This document shows positions 1 through 10,023 of a stretch of DNA of 52,649 nucleotides, piece after piece. The notes beneath the pieces are model-generated. The model saw nothing but the letters and a program-made list of their open reading frames with translations. It had not been told where the DNA came from and ran no database searches. Where the stretch lies: positions 1 to 52,649 of the forward strand of contig JAIWAR010000005.1 of assembly GCA_048634245.1 (NCBI GenBank), in the 5' to 3' direction. Numbering within the stretch: the stretch's first letter is position 1; each line of letters opens with the position of its first letter. A program made the translations under genes and the position numbers. This stretch comes from Methanosarcinales archaeon. GTDB taxonomy: Bacteria > Omnitrophota > Gorgyraeia > Duberdicusellales > 4484-171.

Positions 1-654
1 TGTGTTTAAAAATTTCTGACTCATTACTGAACATTCAATATGCCAACCCGGCCTTCCCTCGCCCCAGGGGCTAGGCCATGAGGGCTCTGCCTGCTTAGCT
101 TTCTTCCAAAGGGCAAAATCTAAAGGGTCAGCTTTAGTCTCGTCACTCTTAATCCTTACTCCGTCTTGTATTTGATCAATACTCTGGCCTGAGAGCTTGC
201 CATAATCTTTAAATTTACGGACGCTAAAATAGACCCCGCTTTTAGTAACATAAGCATAACCTTTGTCAATCAAAGCCTTAATATATCTGACCATTTCTTT
301 TATATTCTCGGTAGCCCGGGGTTCTTTATCAGCTTTTTCAATGCTTAAAGACTCCAAATTCTTATAATAATTATTAATATGCTTATCGGTTAGCTCCTTC
401 CAATCAATGTTGAGTTCTCTGGCCCTATTTATAATCTTATCGTCAATATCAGTAATATTCCTTACAAACTCAACTTTATAACCCTTATATTTTAAATATC
501 TCCTGATAACCTCAAACACATAAAGACTTCTGGCATGGCCGATATGACACTGGTCATAGACGGTAACTCCACAGGTATACATCCGGACCCCGGGAGCATT
601 CTGAGGCCTAAACTCTTCCTTTTTTTTGGTTAGAGAATTATATATTTTTAACAT
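1..654 (-). CDS. cysS: Cysteine--tRNA ligase, 5' part (runs off the window)
   Basis: Not in the ORF track. Manual translation from ATG 654 gives MLKIYNSLTKKKEEF...MYTCGVTVYDQCHIGHARS...RNITDIDDKII, with the class I HIGH motif and CysRS signatures. Confidence 0.97.
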   Translation of the reverse strand, partial: MLKIYNSLTKKKEEFRPQNAPGVRMYTCGVTVYDQCHIGHARSLYVFEVIRRYLKYKGYKVEFVRNITDIDDKIINRARELNIDWKELTDKHINNYYKNLESLSIEKADKEPRATENIKEMVRYIKALIDKGYAYVTKSGVYFSVRKFKDYGKLSGQSIDQIQDGVRIKSDETKADPLDFALWKKAKQAEPSWPSPWGEGRPGWHIECSVMSQKFLNT

Positions 655-666
655 ATTTAATAATAT

Positions 667-696
667 TGTAAGGGCGATTCGTGAATCGCCCTTACA
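667..696. repeat. REP-like palindrome (GTAG-family-like) overlapping the ispF stop codon
   Basis: TGTAAGGGCGATTC-GT-GAATCGCCCTTACA is a perfect 14-bp inverted repeat. Confidence 0.75.
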
Positions 697-1171
697 TATT
701 TTGAACGATTGCCACCACGGCTATGCAGGAAATTGCATTTTTTGAACCCAAAATATCTAATCCTTCTTTAGATTTTATTTTTAAATTCACAGCAGAGATT
801 GAAAGAATTTTTTTTAGAGAGTTTACTATTTTCTTCTTATGAGAAGCTAATTTAGGTTTTTCGGTAATTATAGTTATATCAATATTTGAAATTCTAAAAC
901 TCTTTTTTACTTTTCTTAATATACATTCTACGATTTTCCGGCTATTTATACCTTTTGAGGCTTTAGCCTGAGGTGGAAAATAATCGCCAATATCGCCTAA
1001 ACCAGCAGCACCGCATAAAGCATCGCTCACTGCATGCAATACCACATCACCGTCAGATACCGCTACCAAGCCAAAAGGAGAAAGTATTTTAGCTCCTCCG
1101 AGGATCAAATCATTTTTTCTTTTGCTGATCCGGTGGACATCAAAGCCTAAACCTACTTTATAGCCTTTCAT
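692..1171 (-). CDS. ispF: 2-C-methyl-D-erythritol 2,4-cyclodiphosphate synthase
   Basis: VGLGFDVH, SDGDVVLHAVSDAL and GDIGDYFP motifs; follows ispD. Confidence 0.96.
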   Translation of the reverse strand: MKGYKVGLGFDVHRISKRKNDLILGGAKILSPFGLVAVSDGDVVLHAVSDALCGAAGLGDIGDYFPPQAKASKGINSRKIVECILRKVKKSFRISNIDITIITEKPKLASHKKKIVNSLKKILSISAVNLKIKSKEGLDILGSKNAISCIAVVAIVQNM

Positions 1172-1878
1172 AATACTTTCTTGGTTCTCGACAATTTTCT
1201 GGCTAAATCTAAATCCTCAGGGTAAGTTACCTTAAAGTTTAAGATATCTCCGGCAACTACTCTTACCGGTTTACCCAAAGCTTCTAAAATTTGAGCATCA
1301 TCAGTAAACCTTGCCGCCGTCGGGACAGGTTTTCTCTCCTTAAGCCCCTTATAAGCCTTAAGTATCAACTTTTTTCTAAAAGCCTGGGGTGTCTGAATAA
1401 AATATACGCTGTCTCTATCCAAAGTCTTCTTAATAACCCCTTGCTTTACCAATTTCAAGGTATCCGGACACTTTAAGCCACAGGTTACTGCCGGATATTT
1501 TTTCAGCTCTTTTAATATATTAAAAATCAATTTTTTGCTTACAAAAGGCCGGGCTCCATCATGAATAAGCACATTATCGGTTTCCTCTCTCAAAGCCGAT
1601 AAACCTTTAAAAACCGAATCAGCTCTTTTTGCTCCTCCTTCCACTAAAATAATCCTCTTGCCTTTGCAGCCCTTAGAAGAGATGAACTTCTTTGCTAAAG
1701 GAAAATTGTCTTTCCTTAAAACCAAAACAATTTCTTTTATTGCCTTTACGCCGCAAAAGGCCTCGAGAGCTCTATAGAAAAGCGGTTTACCGGCTAAGTT
1801 TAAAACTGCCTTATCCCCCATAGCCAATCTCTTCCCGCTCCCGGCGGAAACTATCACCGCGCCCACACAAGAAACCAT
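1168..1878 (-). CDS. ispD: 2-C-methyl-D-erythritol 4-phosphate cytidylyltransferase
   Basis: AGSGKRL, GGAKRADSV, LIHDGARPF, QTPQAF, TDDA and KVTYPEDL motifs. Confidence 0.96.
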   Translation of the reverse strand: MVSCVGAVIVSAGSGKRLAMGDKAVLNLAGKPLFYRALEAFCGVKAIKEIVLVLRKDNFPLAKKFISSKGCKGKRIILVEGGAKRADSVFKGLSALREETDNVLIHDGARPFVSKKLIFNILKELKKYPAVTCGLKCPDTLKLVKQGVIKKTLDRDSVYFIQTPQAFRKKLILKAYKGLKERKPVPTAARFTDDAQILEALGKPVRVVAGDILNFKVTYPEDLDLARKLSRTKKVL

Positions 1879-1900
1879 TTTAAATACACCATATCTTTAG

Positions 1901-2890
1901 CTATCCTGCCAGCCTCGTAAATACAATTCGGCCGCTGGAGCTCTGCAATATAGAGGTAACCTCAACATCAACAACCTTACCAACCAGGCGCCGGGAATTC
2001 TCTACCACTACCATGGTTCCGTCTTCTAAATATCCTATAGCTTGATTATGCTCTTTTCCTTCTTTAATAAGCTTCAAAGGAAACCTTTGCCCGGCGATAA
2101 AGGTGGGTTTAAGAGCATTGGCAAGGTCGTTAATATTTAAAACTTTCACTCCCTGAAGCTGAGCAATACGATTTAAATTATAATCTGTAGTTAAAACTTC
2201 GGCATCCAAAGTTTGAGCCAGCTTTATAATTTTCTCATCAACGCTCTTTACACTTTCTACGCTCTGATCAGATATTTCTACGTCGATATTCGGTTCTTTC
2301 TTTAAAGTGTGAAGGATTTCAATGCCCCTTTTGCCTTTCTGACGCTTCATATGATCGGTAGAATCAGCTAAAGCCTGAAGCTCATTAAGGACAAACCGCG
2401 GGACAATGAATTTTGCTTCGATAAATCCTGTTTTTACGATATCCATGATTCTGCCGTCGATAATGCTGCTGGTATCTACTACAATTGCCTCTTCCCTTCG
2501 GCTCTGGCTCTTAAATTTAACATAAGGAATTACTAAATTAAACTCGTCTTTGCCTTTGATGCCTAAAGTAAGCCCTAGATAAACAAATATAAAAGTAACA
2601 AATAGCTTGATGGTTTGGACAATCTCAGTAGGAAAATCACTGGGAAACCGGAACCGGTCTAAGGTTGCACCAAATATCCCGGCAATTACTAGGCCGAGAA
2701 TTATCCCGAATACCGCGCTGGAAAGCCCTTTTAAAGAAACCCGGCGGCTAAAAGTTTCAAAGCAAACTATAATTATCCCCACTAAAAATCCAATACTGCC
2801 ATAAAAAAGAGGACTTGCTCCGCCTAAAGAATAACCCATCCCGGCGCAAAAAAGAACAAAAAATACTCGTAAAAAAAATAAACCCATCAT
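1901..2890 (-). CDS. PIN/TRAM domain membrane protein (YacL-like)
   Basis: N-terminal TM helices; PIN motifs VDTSSIIDGRI and TTDYNL; TRAM motif GYLEDGTMVVVE; lies between radA and ispD as in Bacillus. Confidence 0.92.
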   Translation of the reverse strand: MMGLFFLRVFFVLFCAGMGYSLGGASPLFYGSIGFLVGIIIVCFETFSRRVSLKGLSSAVFGIILGLVIAGIFGATLDRFRFPSDFPTEIVQTIKLFVTFIFVYLGLTLGIKGKDEFNLVIPYVKFKSQSRREEAIVVDTSSIIDGRIMDIVKTGFIEAKFIVPRFVLNELQALADSTDHMKRQKGKRGIEILHTLKKEPNIDVEISDQSVESVKSVDEKIIKLAQTLDAEVLTTDYNLNRIAQLQGVKVLNINDLANALKPTFIAGQRFPLKLIKEGKEHNQAIGYLEDGTMVVVENSRRLVGKVVDVEVTSILQSSSGRIVFTRLAG

Positions 2891-2895
2891 AAAAA

Positions 2896-2929
2896 CCTCC
2901 TTAATGACCCCGCCGTTGGCGGGGGAATT
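2896..2929 (-). repeat. 34-bp hairpin plus Shine-Dalgarno element, copy 1
   Basis: 33/34 identical to 9916-9949. mRNA sense AATTCCCCCGCCAACGGCGGGGTCATT(A/G)AGGAGG, ending 5 nt before the ATG. Confidence 0.85.
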
Positions 2930-2932
2930 AAA

Positions 2933-4267
2933 CTATTTAAACACCTCATTAACAGCTTCTCTTAAGGAAGAAAATCCGTAAAGCTCAAAGTCAAATTTCT
3001 TATCCACCTCCTTTATATTCACCTCAGGAATTATACAGCGCTTAAAATTAGCTCTTTGGACCTCTTTTAATCTTAAATTTATATTATTAACCCTTCTTAG
3101 CTCTCCGGCAAGGCCAACCTCTCCAATAAAAACAGTACTCGAGGGTATATTTTTCTCTTTGAAGCTGGAAATGATAGCCATAATCGCTCCTAAATCCGCT
3201 GCCGGATCATTTATCTTTAAGCCTCCGGCAACATTTAAAAAAATATCTTCGCTGGACAAAGAAAGCTTTATCCTCTTCTCAATTATAGCTACCATGAGAG
3301 AAAAACGATTAAAATCAAACCCCAAACTTCTTCTGCGGGCAACCCCAAAGTTTGCTCTGCCCACTAAGGATTGAAGTTCAATAAGTAGCGGCCTCAACCC
3401 TTCAATAACACAAATCACGCAGCTTCCGGAAAAAGACTGCTCCCGATGAGGCAAAAAAATATCATCCATCTTCTTGACCTCTTCTAGGCCTGTAGACTTC
3501 ATTTCAAATACAGCAATGTCACCTGTCGCGCCAAACCGGTTTTTTATCGACCTCAAAATCCGGTAGTTAGAAAGAAGTTCTCCTTCAAAATAAAGAACAC
3601 AATCTACAATATGTTCCAGCAGTTTAGGCCCGGCGATTGATCCTTCTTTAGTAACATGGCCAACCAAAAAAATAACCACGCCTAAAGATTTAGCAATCTG
3701 GGTAAGATAATCGGCGCAGCCGCGAACCTGGGAAACACTTCCCTTGCTTCCTTCGCAAGTCAAAGTATACACCACTTGAATAGAATCTATTACCACAAAT
3801 TCAAATTTCTCATTTTTGATATATTCAAAAATTTCCTCAAGCTTGTCTTCACCTGCTATATAAATATTATCTAATTCACTCTTACCCAACCGCTGGGCTC
3901 TTAAACCTATTTGTTGAGGAGACTCTTCAGCGCTGACATAAAGAACCTTACCTTTTGATGTCAGACGGGAGCTAACCTCCAAAAGAAGTGTAGATTTACC
4001 TACCCCCGGAGCTCCTCCTATCAAAATTATTTCCCCCTCAACTACCCCTCCGCCTAATATTCGATCAAATTCGTCAAGGCCGGTAGATATTCTTTTAGAC
4101 TGTTTTCTTCCAATATCTCTAAGCAGCTGAAGAGGCCTTTTTTCTCCTATCCTCTTCTTAGAACTCTTTTGCTCCGCTTCTTCAACAAAAGCTTCCCAAC
4201 TTCCGCAGAGCGGGCATTTGCCCAGCCACTTAATTGACTTATAGCCGCATTCGGAACAATTAAACAT
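2933..4267 (-). CDS. radA: DNA repair protein RadA/Sms
   Basis: C4 zinc finger (CSECG...CPLC), Walker A GAPGVGKST, KNRFG motif, Lon-like C-terminal domain. Confidence 0.97.
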   Translation of the reverse strand: MFNCSECGYKSIKWLGKCPLCGSWEAFVEEAEQKSSKKRIGEKRPLQLLRDIGRKQSKRISTGLDEFDRILGGGVVEGEIILIGGAPGVGKSTLLLEVSSRLTSKGKVLYVSAEESPQQIGLRAQRLGKSELDNIYIAGEDKLEEIFEYIKNEKFEFVVIDSIQVVYTLTCEGSKGSVSQVRGCADYLTQIAKSLGVVIFLVGHVTKEGSIAGPKLLEHIVDCVLYFEGELLSNYRILRSIKNRFGATGDIAVFEMKSTGLEEVKKMDDIFLPHREQSFSGSCVICVIEGLRPLLIELQSLVGRANFGVARRRSLGFDFNRFSLMVAIIEKRIKLSLSSEDIFLNVAGGLKINDPAADLGAIMAIISSFKEKNIPSSTVFIGEVGLAGELRRVNNINLRLKEVQRANFKRCIIPEVNIKEVDKKFDFELYGFSSLREAVNEVFK

Positions 4268-4318
4268 TGTTTTAAATTAAAAAATAAAATTCTCTAACAG
4301 AGTTTACTGACTGCGGGC

Positions 4319-5029
4319 TTAAGGCTTTCTTTTCGTTTTCGGCTTATGAAGCAATTTCCAAGGGTGTGCCTTTAAATCCACAAGAAGCTCTTCGGTGGTC
4401 TGGTACAAGGAATCATCGTACATCAGCCGCCCTATAGTTCCTTGTTTATTTCTCATATCTTTAATTACCCCTTTCATATCCAGGCTTATATCTTCTATAT
4501 TAAGTAATATATTTTCAAAGGAATTTTTAATTTTACCCTCTTTCATAAATTCATCTATTTCCCTCATTGTCTTGGTAAAGGCGGCAAAAACCTTAAACAG
4601 AGGTACCGGTGAAGTCCCCTCAATGACATCTCCTTCTTTTATATACCCTTCACTCTTAACCGGAGGAGTAATTTCTAAATATTTCTCTCCAAACAAACTC
4701 AAGCTATTGACAAAAAAATAGGAGTTTTTGGGAATTTTTACCCCTTCCTGCACTTTAGAATAAACATAAACTTTCGATTTTCCTCCCACCTCTTTGATTA
4801 TAACTTTTTTAACTTCACCCACATCTACACCGCAAAAACGGACCGGTGAAGATATGCGTAGGCCTTCAGCAAACTTGAATTTAACAATTACAACATAGCT
4901 GCCTTTAAAAATACTAATTTCTCGTATAGAGAGAAGAGCGGCAAAAAATATTAAGATAGCCACCAAGAAAAAACTGCCTAGTTTTATATAAGTAAAACTT
5001 TTATTCTTATCCCATAAATTTATTGCCAT
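4319..5029 (-). CDS. mlaD: MCE/MlaD family protein
   Basis: N-terminal TM helix; AEGLRISSPVRFCGVDVGEV and LFGEKYLEI MCE motifs; downstream of mlaEF. Confidence 0.9.
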   Translation of the reverse strand: MAINLWDKNKSFTYIKLGSFFLVAILIFFAALLSIREISIFKGSYVVIVKFKFAEGLRISSPVRFCGVDVGEVKKVIIKEVGGKSKVYVYSKVQEGVKIPKNSYFFVNSLSLFGEKYLEITPPVKSEGYIKEGDVIEGTSPVPLFKVFAAFTKTMREIDEFMKEGKIKNSFENILLNIEDISLDMKGVIKDMRNKQGTIGRLMYDDSLYQTTEELLVDLKAHPWKLLHKPKTKRKP

Positions 5030-5782
5030 TTATACCTCCATTTCTTTTATCGGGCCGCCCGAGCTCCCTTTCAAAAACTGAATTAATCTCGTATCCTCGG
5101 ACTTGCTTAAAGCAGCTTTATCGCCCTCAAAAATAATTTTTCCTCCTAATAAAAACGCTAAACGGTCAGCAAGTTTTAACCCTACTCCCAAATCATGAGT
5201 TACTACTACAGAAGTAATAGCCAGGCGCTGATGAAGGTCTTCGATCAAAGATACTATTTTATCTACGGCAATAGGGTCAATTCCTGTAGTAGGCTCATCA
5301 TAGATTATGATTTTAGGATCATAAATTATTGCCCTGGCTATAGCCACCCTCTTCTTCATCCCTCCGCTTAACTCATAAGGGTACATATTTTCTATACCTT
5401 CTAAGCCGACTAAAGACAGGGTTTTAGTTACTTTTTTTCTTATTTCGGATTTCTTTAGCTTTGTATGCTGATAAAGGAAAAAACCCACATTCTCATCTAT
5501 AGTTAAAAAATCAAAAAGAGCGCTGCCTTGGAAGACTAAACCAAACTGCAGCCTAACTTTTTCTAACTTCGCCTTATTTAGCTGGGTAATGTCCACGCCG
5601 TCAATAGCAATAGTGCCGGAATCAGGCCTTAGTAAGCCAATGATATTTTTAAGCAAAACGGTCTTACCGGCTCCGCTGCGGCCGATTATCAAATAGTTTT
5701 CGCCCTTATTTACTTTAAGGGTAACCCCTTTAAGAACGTGTTTTCCACCAAATGACCTATGAATATTTTGAATATTTATCAT
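5030..5782 (-). CDS. mlaF: MlaF-type ABC ATPase
   Basis: GRSGAGKT, FQGSALFD, LSGGMKKRVAIARA and YDEPTTGIDP motifs. Start moved to ATG 5782, which gives an ATGA overlap with the mlaE stop. Confidence 0.92.
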   Translation of the reverse strand: MINIQNIHRSFGGKHVLKGVTLKVNKGENYLIIGRSGAGKTVLLKNIIGLLRPDSGTIAIDGVDITQLNKAKLEKVRLQFGLVFQGSALFDFLTIDENVGFFLYQHTKLKKSEIRKKVTKTLSLVGLEGIENMYPYELSGGMKKRVAIARAIIYDPKIIIYDEPTTGIDPIAVDKIVSLIEDLHQRLAITSVVVTHDLGVGLKLADRLAFLLGGKIIFEGDKAALSKSEDTRLIQFLKGSSGGPIKEMEV

Positions 5783-6549
5783 ACCCAGGTAAAGTAAAAA
5801 AGTGCTGTTAAAATACAATCACTTATAATGATAAGCATAAAAGACCTTACTACCGAATGTGTTACGGACCGGGAAACATCGGTAGAGGAAAAAGGCGCGA
5901 ACCCCTCATAACAGGAGATAAAAGCAATCAAACTACCAAAACAAATACTCTTTGTAAAACCGCTGAGAATATCTTTAAACTCTAAAGCGTCAATAGTCAT
6001 CCGAAAATAAAGCCCGAAGGGAATAGAAAATTTTGTTGAGCCCACTACATAGCCGCCTAAAATGCCTAAGCAATCCGCGTAAATAATCAATATCGGCACA
6101 CAGATAAGCATAGCAAGAAATTTAGGCACAACTAAATAATCTATGGGCTCCACGCCTAAAGCTTCCAAAGCATCTATTTGTTCGCTTATCTTCATTGAAC
6201 CGATTCCGGCGGTAATTGAAGCACCTACTCTTGCAGCTACGATTAAAGCGCCGACTACCGGGCCCAGCTCTCTCACCAACGAAAGAGCCACCAAAGTAGC
6301 AAGTTGAATTTCCGAACTAAATTGCTGTAATTGATAGGCGGTTTGAAAAGCAATAATCATTCCCAGAAAAAAAGCGATTAACGAGACTAAGGGAAAACTG
6401 CCGACGCCAATAAAGACTGCCTCCCGGACTAAAGGTTTTAAGCTTCTTTTTTTAGTAAACAGCCACCAGAAAATTTCTTTTATAAAAAACCCAATACCGC
6501 CTATATAGTGGAATAAACTCCCTAACCCTCTAAATATTCCTAACCGCAT
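5779..6549 (-). CDS. mlaE: MlaE-type ABC permease
   Basis: RELGPVVGALIVAARVGA and GSMKISEQIDALEALG motifs. Confidence 0.94.
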   Translation of the reverse strand: MRLGIFRGLGSLFHYIGGIGFFIKEIFWWLFTKKRSLKPLVREAVFIGVGSFPLVSLIAFFLGMIIAFQTAYQLQQFSSEIQLATLVALSLVRELGPVVGALIVAARVGASITAGIGSMKISEQIDALEALGVEPIDYLVVPKFLAMLICVPILIIYADCLGILGGYVVGSTKFSIPFGLYFRMTIDALEFKDILSGFTKSICFGSLIAFISCYEGFAPFSSTDVSRSVTHSVVRSFMLIIISDCILTALFYFTWV

Positions 6550-7466
6550 TAAAAATCCCTTCTTTTCTCAAGCCTTAAAATAGTATCTTCTCCTTCCATC
6601 TTTAATCTTAAATACTTATCATCTTTCCAATTATAACGTAATTCCGTCTGAGGGCCCCAAGCCTCTGTTTCCGGGCTTGCATTTACAAAAACATCGATCT
6701 TATCATCAAGCTGCTTTTTAAGCCCTATATTCTTATCATCCTCGGAGAACAATTGCCATTGCCCAATATAAGCTTTCTGAACTTTATACTCTACCCCCGG
6801 CAAAATATTAGAAAAATCCCGGAGGTCTAAAATTCCTTTTATCTCTACAATATTACCGTTTTTAAGGCTAAGCTGGGAATCGGTAATGTTTAGCATCGGA
6901 GGCCTTCCCAAAAAATCTAAACGTAAATGAGAAAAGTCTTTACCCTTGTACTTGCCTCCTTCCACCACTAAATGGCCGCTGATAAGAAAGCTGCTAATGC
7001 CTCCCCAAGCCTTCAGGCCTACCTTTATCTCTCCCTCCAGCAGCTCTGATTCCTCTTGCCAGCTGCCCTCAAGATCAAAGCTAAGCTTATTATTCTTTAA
7101 GTCTATCTCACCCTTAGCCATAAATTGGGGCAAATAAAGATAGAGGATAGAAATACCGTCTTCCCTTAAGACTAATCTTACTCTTAACCAAGAAATAATT
7201 TTATTTTCAAGAGTAATATCCCTTCCCTTTACATCCAAAATCAAAGAACTATCTTCTTTATTTACTGTAAACCTGAATTTTCCATTAACTTTACAAGTCC
7301 CCAGGTGAAAATTAACAACTTTTACCTCTGCCTTAATTAGATTTATCTCTACTACACCCTGCCCAGACGCAGGCTCTGTTAGAGAACTACCCTCTAATGG
7401 GGCAAAGATAGTGCCGTAAATCGTTCCGGAAACCAGGAGGACACCAGCTAAAAACCATTTCCTCAT
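6549..7466 (-). CDS. Exported beta-rich hypothetical protein (possibly AsmA/TamB-like)
   Basis: N-terminal hydrophobic anchor, alternating beta-strand pattern, terminal Phe; overlaps both clpC and mlaE. The family assignment is inference. Confidence 0.6.
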   Translation of the reverse strand: MRKWFLAGVLLVSGTIYGTIFAPLEGSSLTEPASGQGVVEINLIKAEVKVVNFHLGTCKVNGKFRFTVNKEDSSLILDVKGRDITLENKIISWLRVRLVLREDGISILYLYLPQFMAKGEIDLKNNKLSFDLEGSWQEESELLEGEIKVGLKAWGGISSFLISGHLVVEGGKYKGKDFSHLRLDFLGRPPMLNITDSQLSLKNGNIVEIKGILDLRDFSNILPGVEYKVQKAYIGQWQLFSEDDKNIGLKKQLDDKIDVFVNASPETEAWGPQTELRYNWKDDKYLRLKMEGEDTILRLEKRRDF

Positions 7467-9910
7467 TCAAATTTTAATATTTCCCCTTTGCGTGTCGCCT
7501 TTATTTTTATAGGTTGCTTTTCTTTTCTCTCCTTTAATCTCTTGGAAAATGTTCCCTTTATTATATCTTCAGCTAAAGGATCCTCCAGAAACCGCTGAAT
7601 AGCCCTTTTTAAAGGCCGGGCTCCAAAAACCGGGTCAAAACCTTTTTCAATAAAAAATTCTTTAGCTTTAGGTGTTAATTCCACCTCAAACCCTTGTTCA
7701 ATAAGCCGCTCATTCACATAAGAAAGTTCAATATCCACTATTTTGCTTAAATCTTTCTTGTTTAAAGATCTAAATACAGTAATCTCATCAAGGCGGTTTA
7801 GGAATTCCGGCTTAAAGGTTTTCTTTACCTCCTCCAATAGCATATCCTTCATATCTTCATGGCTGATATTTTCTTTAATTTCTTTAAATCCCAGAGATCC
7901 TTTCTTCCTAATAATTTCCGCTCCCACATTAGAGGTCAAGATAAGAATTGTATTACGGAAGTCGACTCTTCGGCCATAGCTGTCAGTAAGCCTCCCCTCT
8001 TCCAGAATCTGTAAAAGTAAGTTAAACATATCGGGATGAGCTTTTTCAATTTCGTCCAGCAAAATTACAGAATACGGCCTGCGCCTTACCCGCTCAGTTA
8101 ATTGCCCGCCCTCTTCATAACCAACATAACCGGGAGGGGCGCCAATTAAACGGGAGATATTAAACTTCTCCATATACTCACTCATATCTAACTGGATTAA
8201 AGCTTTTTCGTCACCGAACATAAACTCGGCTAAAGCCCGTGCCAGTAAGGTCTTGCCTACACCGGTGGGGCCTAAAAACATAAACGACCCCGTAGGCCTG
8301 CGCGGTTCCTTTATCCCCGCCCTGGCTCTTCTAACTGAACGAGCGATCGCGTCAATCGCTTCTTTCTGTCCGATCACTCTATTAATCAGCTCTTCTTCTA
8401 TCTTCATCAGTTTCGCGGATTCTTTTTCTTCCAATCTATAAATAGGTACACCGGTAATCTGAGACACCAATTGAGCAATCTCTTCTTCTCCTACCTCAGG
8501 AGTAATCTGGTCTCTCTTCTTGCCCCACTCTTTTCTTAACCCTTCTAATTTAAGCCGCAAAGTTTTTTCCTCATCCCGTAAACGGGCAGCTCTCTCAAAA
8601 TCCTGCTGTTTTATCAAAGCTTCCTTCTCGGTAACAATATCAGCCAGTTTCCCGTCAATTTCCTTGATGTTACCGGGAGCGGTTAAGGCTGAAAGGCGTG
8701 ATTTCGATCCCGCCTCATCAATTAAGTCTATAGCTTTATCCGGAAGATATCTTCCGGAAATATACCTATCGGACAGCTTAGCCGCGGCTTGAAGAGACTC
8801 ATCGGTAAATTTTACCCGATGGTGAGCCTCATACCTGTCTCTTAAACCTTTTAGAATTTTTACTGTCTCCTCAACGGTATTGGCTTCTACATTTATCGAT
8901 TGGAACCTTCTCTCTAAGGCTGAATCCTTCTCAATATGTTTTCTATACTCGTCAAAAGTCGTTGCCCCAATGCATTGAATCTCGCCTCGAGACAAAGCCG
9001 GCTTTAAAATGTTTGAAGCATCAATAGCTCCCTCAGCAGCTCCGGCTCCTACCAAAGTATGCAGCTCATCGATAAAAATAATAACATCTTTGGAACGCTT
9101 TATCTCTTCCATAACCGCTTTTATCCGCTCTTCGAATTGGCCCCGATATTTTGTTCCGGCAATCATCAAAGCCAAATCTAAAACCACTATCCTCTTGCCT
9201 CTTAAAACCTCAGGCACATCACCCTTAACAATATCCTGGGCTAACCCTTCAACTATAGCTGTTTTTCCTACACCGGCTTCTCCCAATAAGACCGGATTAT
9301 TCTTAGAACGCCGGGCTAAGATTTGAATAACTCTTTCTATCTCAACCTTCCTTCCGATTACCGGGTCAAGGCTTCCGTCTTTAGTTAATTTGGTTAAATC
9401 CCGGCCAAAGGAATCAAGAGCCGGTGTCTTAGAAGAGGTTTGAGTACTGCTGCTGCCGGGTTGCGGCTGAGCCCCTCCGCCTAAAAGAACGGAAATCTCT
9501 TTTCTTAACCCCTTTAAATCTACTCCGGTCGAGAGAAGAACCTGAGAAGCGATCCCCTCTTCCTCTCGTAACAAACCTAAGAGTATATGTTCGGTTCCAA
9601 TATAATTATGGCCCAGGCTCCTCGCTTCCTCAGCGGCAAGCTCTAAAGATTTCTTTGCCCGGGGAGTAAAGGGTATATCCCCTAAAACAGAGCCTACGCT
9701 TCCTGATGATACTAATTTTTCAATCTCAATCCTTAAGCGTTCTAAATCCACCCCCAAATTCTGCAGAACCGCGCAAGCTACTCCTTCACCTTCCCGAATT
9801 AAACCCAAAAGTATATGTTCGGTTCCAATATAGTCATGATTAAATCTACGGGCTTCTTCTTTAGCCAAAACTAAAACTTTTCGCGCTCTTTCTGTAAAAC
9901 GGTTAAACAT
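7463..9910 (-). CDS. clpC: ATP-dependent Clp protease ATP-binding subunit ClpC
   Basis: Twin Clp_N repeats, two AAA+ modules ([16 protein letters not shown]), UVR middle domain, ClpP-binding loop LGF; adjacent to mcsAB. Confidence 0.97.
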   Translation of the reverse strand: MFNRFTERARKVLVLAKEEARRFNHDYIGTEHILLGLIREGEGVACAVLQNLGVDLERLRIEIEKLVSSGSVGSVLGDIPFTPRAKKSLELAAEEARSLGHNYIGTEHILLGLLREEEGIASQVLLSTGVDLKGLRKEISVLLGGGAQPQPGSSSTQTSSKTPALDSFGRDLTKLTKDGSLDPVIGRKVEIERVIQILARRSKNNPVLLGEAGVGKTAIVEGLAQDIVKGDVPEVLRGKRIVVLDLALMIAGTKYRGQFEERIKAVMEEIKRSKDVIIFIDELHTLVGAGAAEGAIDASNILKPALSRGEIQCIGATTFDEYRKHIEKDSALERRFQSINVEANTVEETVKILKGLRDRYEAHHRVKFTDESLQAAAKLSDRYISGRYLPDKAIDLIDEAGSKSRLSALTAPGNIKEIDGKLADIVTEKEALIKQQDFERAARLRDEEKTLRLKLEGLRKEWGKKRDQITPEVGEEEIAQLVSQITGVPIYRLEEKESAKLMKIEEELINRVIGQKEAIDAIARSVRRARAGIKEPRRPTGSFMFLGPTGVGKTLLARALAEFMFGDEKALIQLDMSEYMEKFNISRLIGAPPGYVGYEEGGQLTERVRRRPYSVILLDEIEKAHPDMFNLLLQILEEGRLTDSYGRRVDFRNTILILTSNVGAEIIRKKGSLGFKEIKENISHEDMKDMLLEEVKKTFKPEFLNRLDEITVFRSLNKKDLSKIVDIELSYVNERLIEQGFEVELTPKAKEFFIEKGFDPVFGARPLKRAIQRFLEDPLAEDIIKGTFSKRLKERKEKQPIKIKATRKGEILKFE

Positions 9911-9915
9911 TTTTT

Positions 9916-9949
9916 CCTCCTCAATGACCCCGCCGTTGGCGGGGGAATT
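9916..9949 (-). repeat. 34-bp hairpin plus Shine-Dalgarno element, copy 2
   Basis: 33/34 identical to 2896-2929, with the same spacing to the start codon. Confidence 0.85.
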
Positions 9950-9950
9950 G

Positions 9951-10011
9951 ATCCCGAAGCGCTTCTGAAAAATGTCGTAAGAGATTTTTCAGATATTTAG
10001 GCGCGAGGGAT
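9951..10011. repeat. Imperfect long inverted repeat between mcsB and clpC
   Basis: TCTGAAAAAT...ATTTTTCAGA forms a 10-bp stem, with outer arms ATCCC...GGGAT. Confidence 0.55.
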
Positions 10012-10023
10012 ACTTAATATAAA

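Noticed and set aside
9580-9835. Near-identical DNA stretches encoding [11 protein letters not shown] twice
   Set aside because: This is the normal Clp_N tandem repeat of ClpC.
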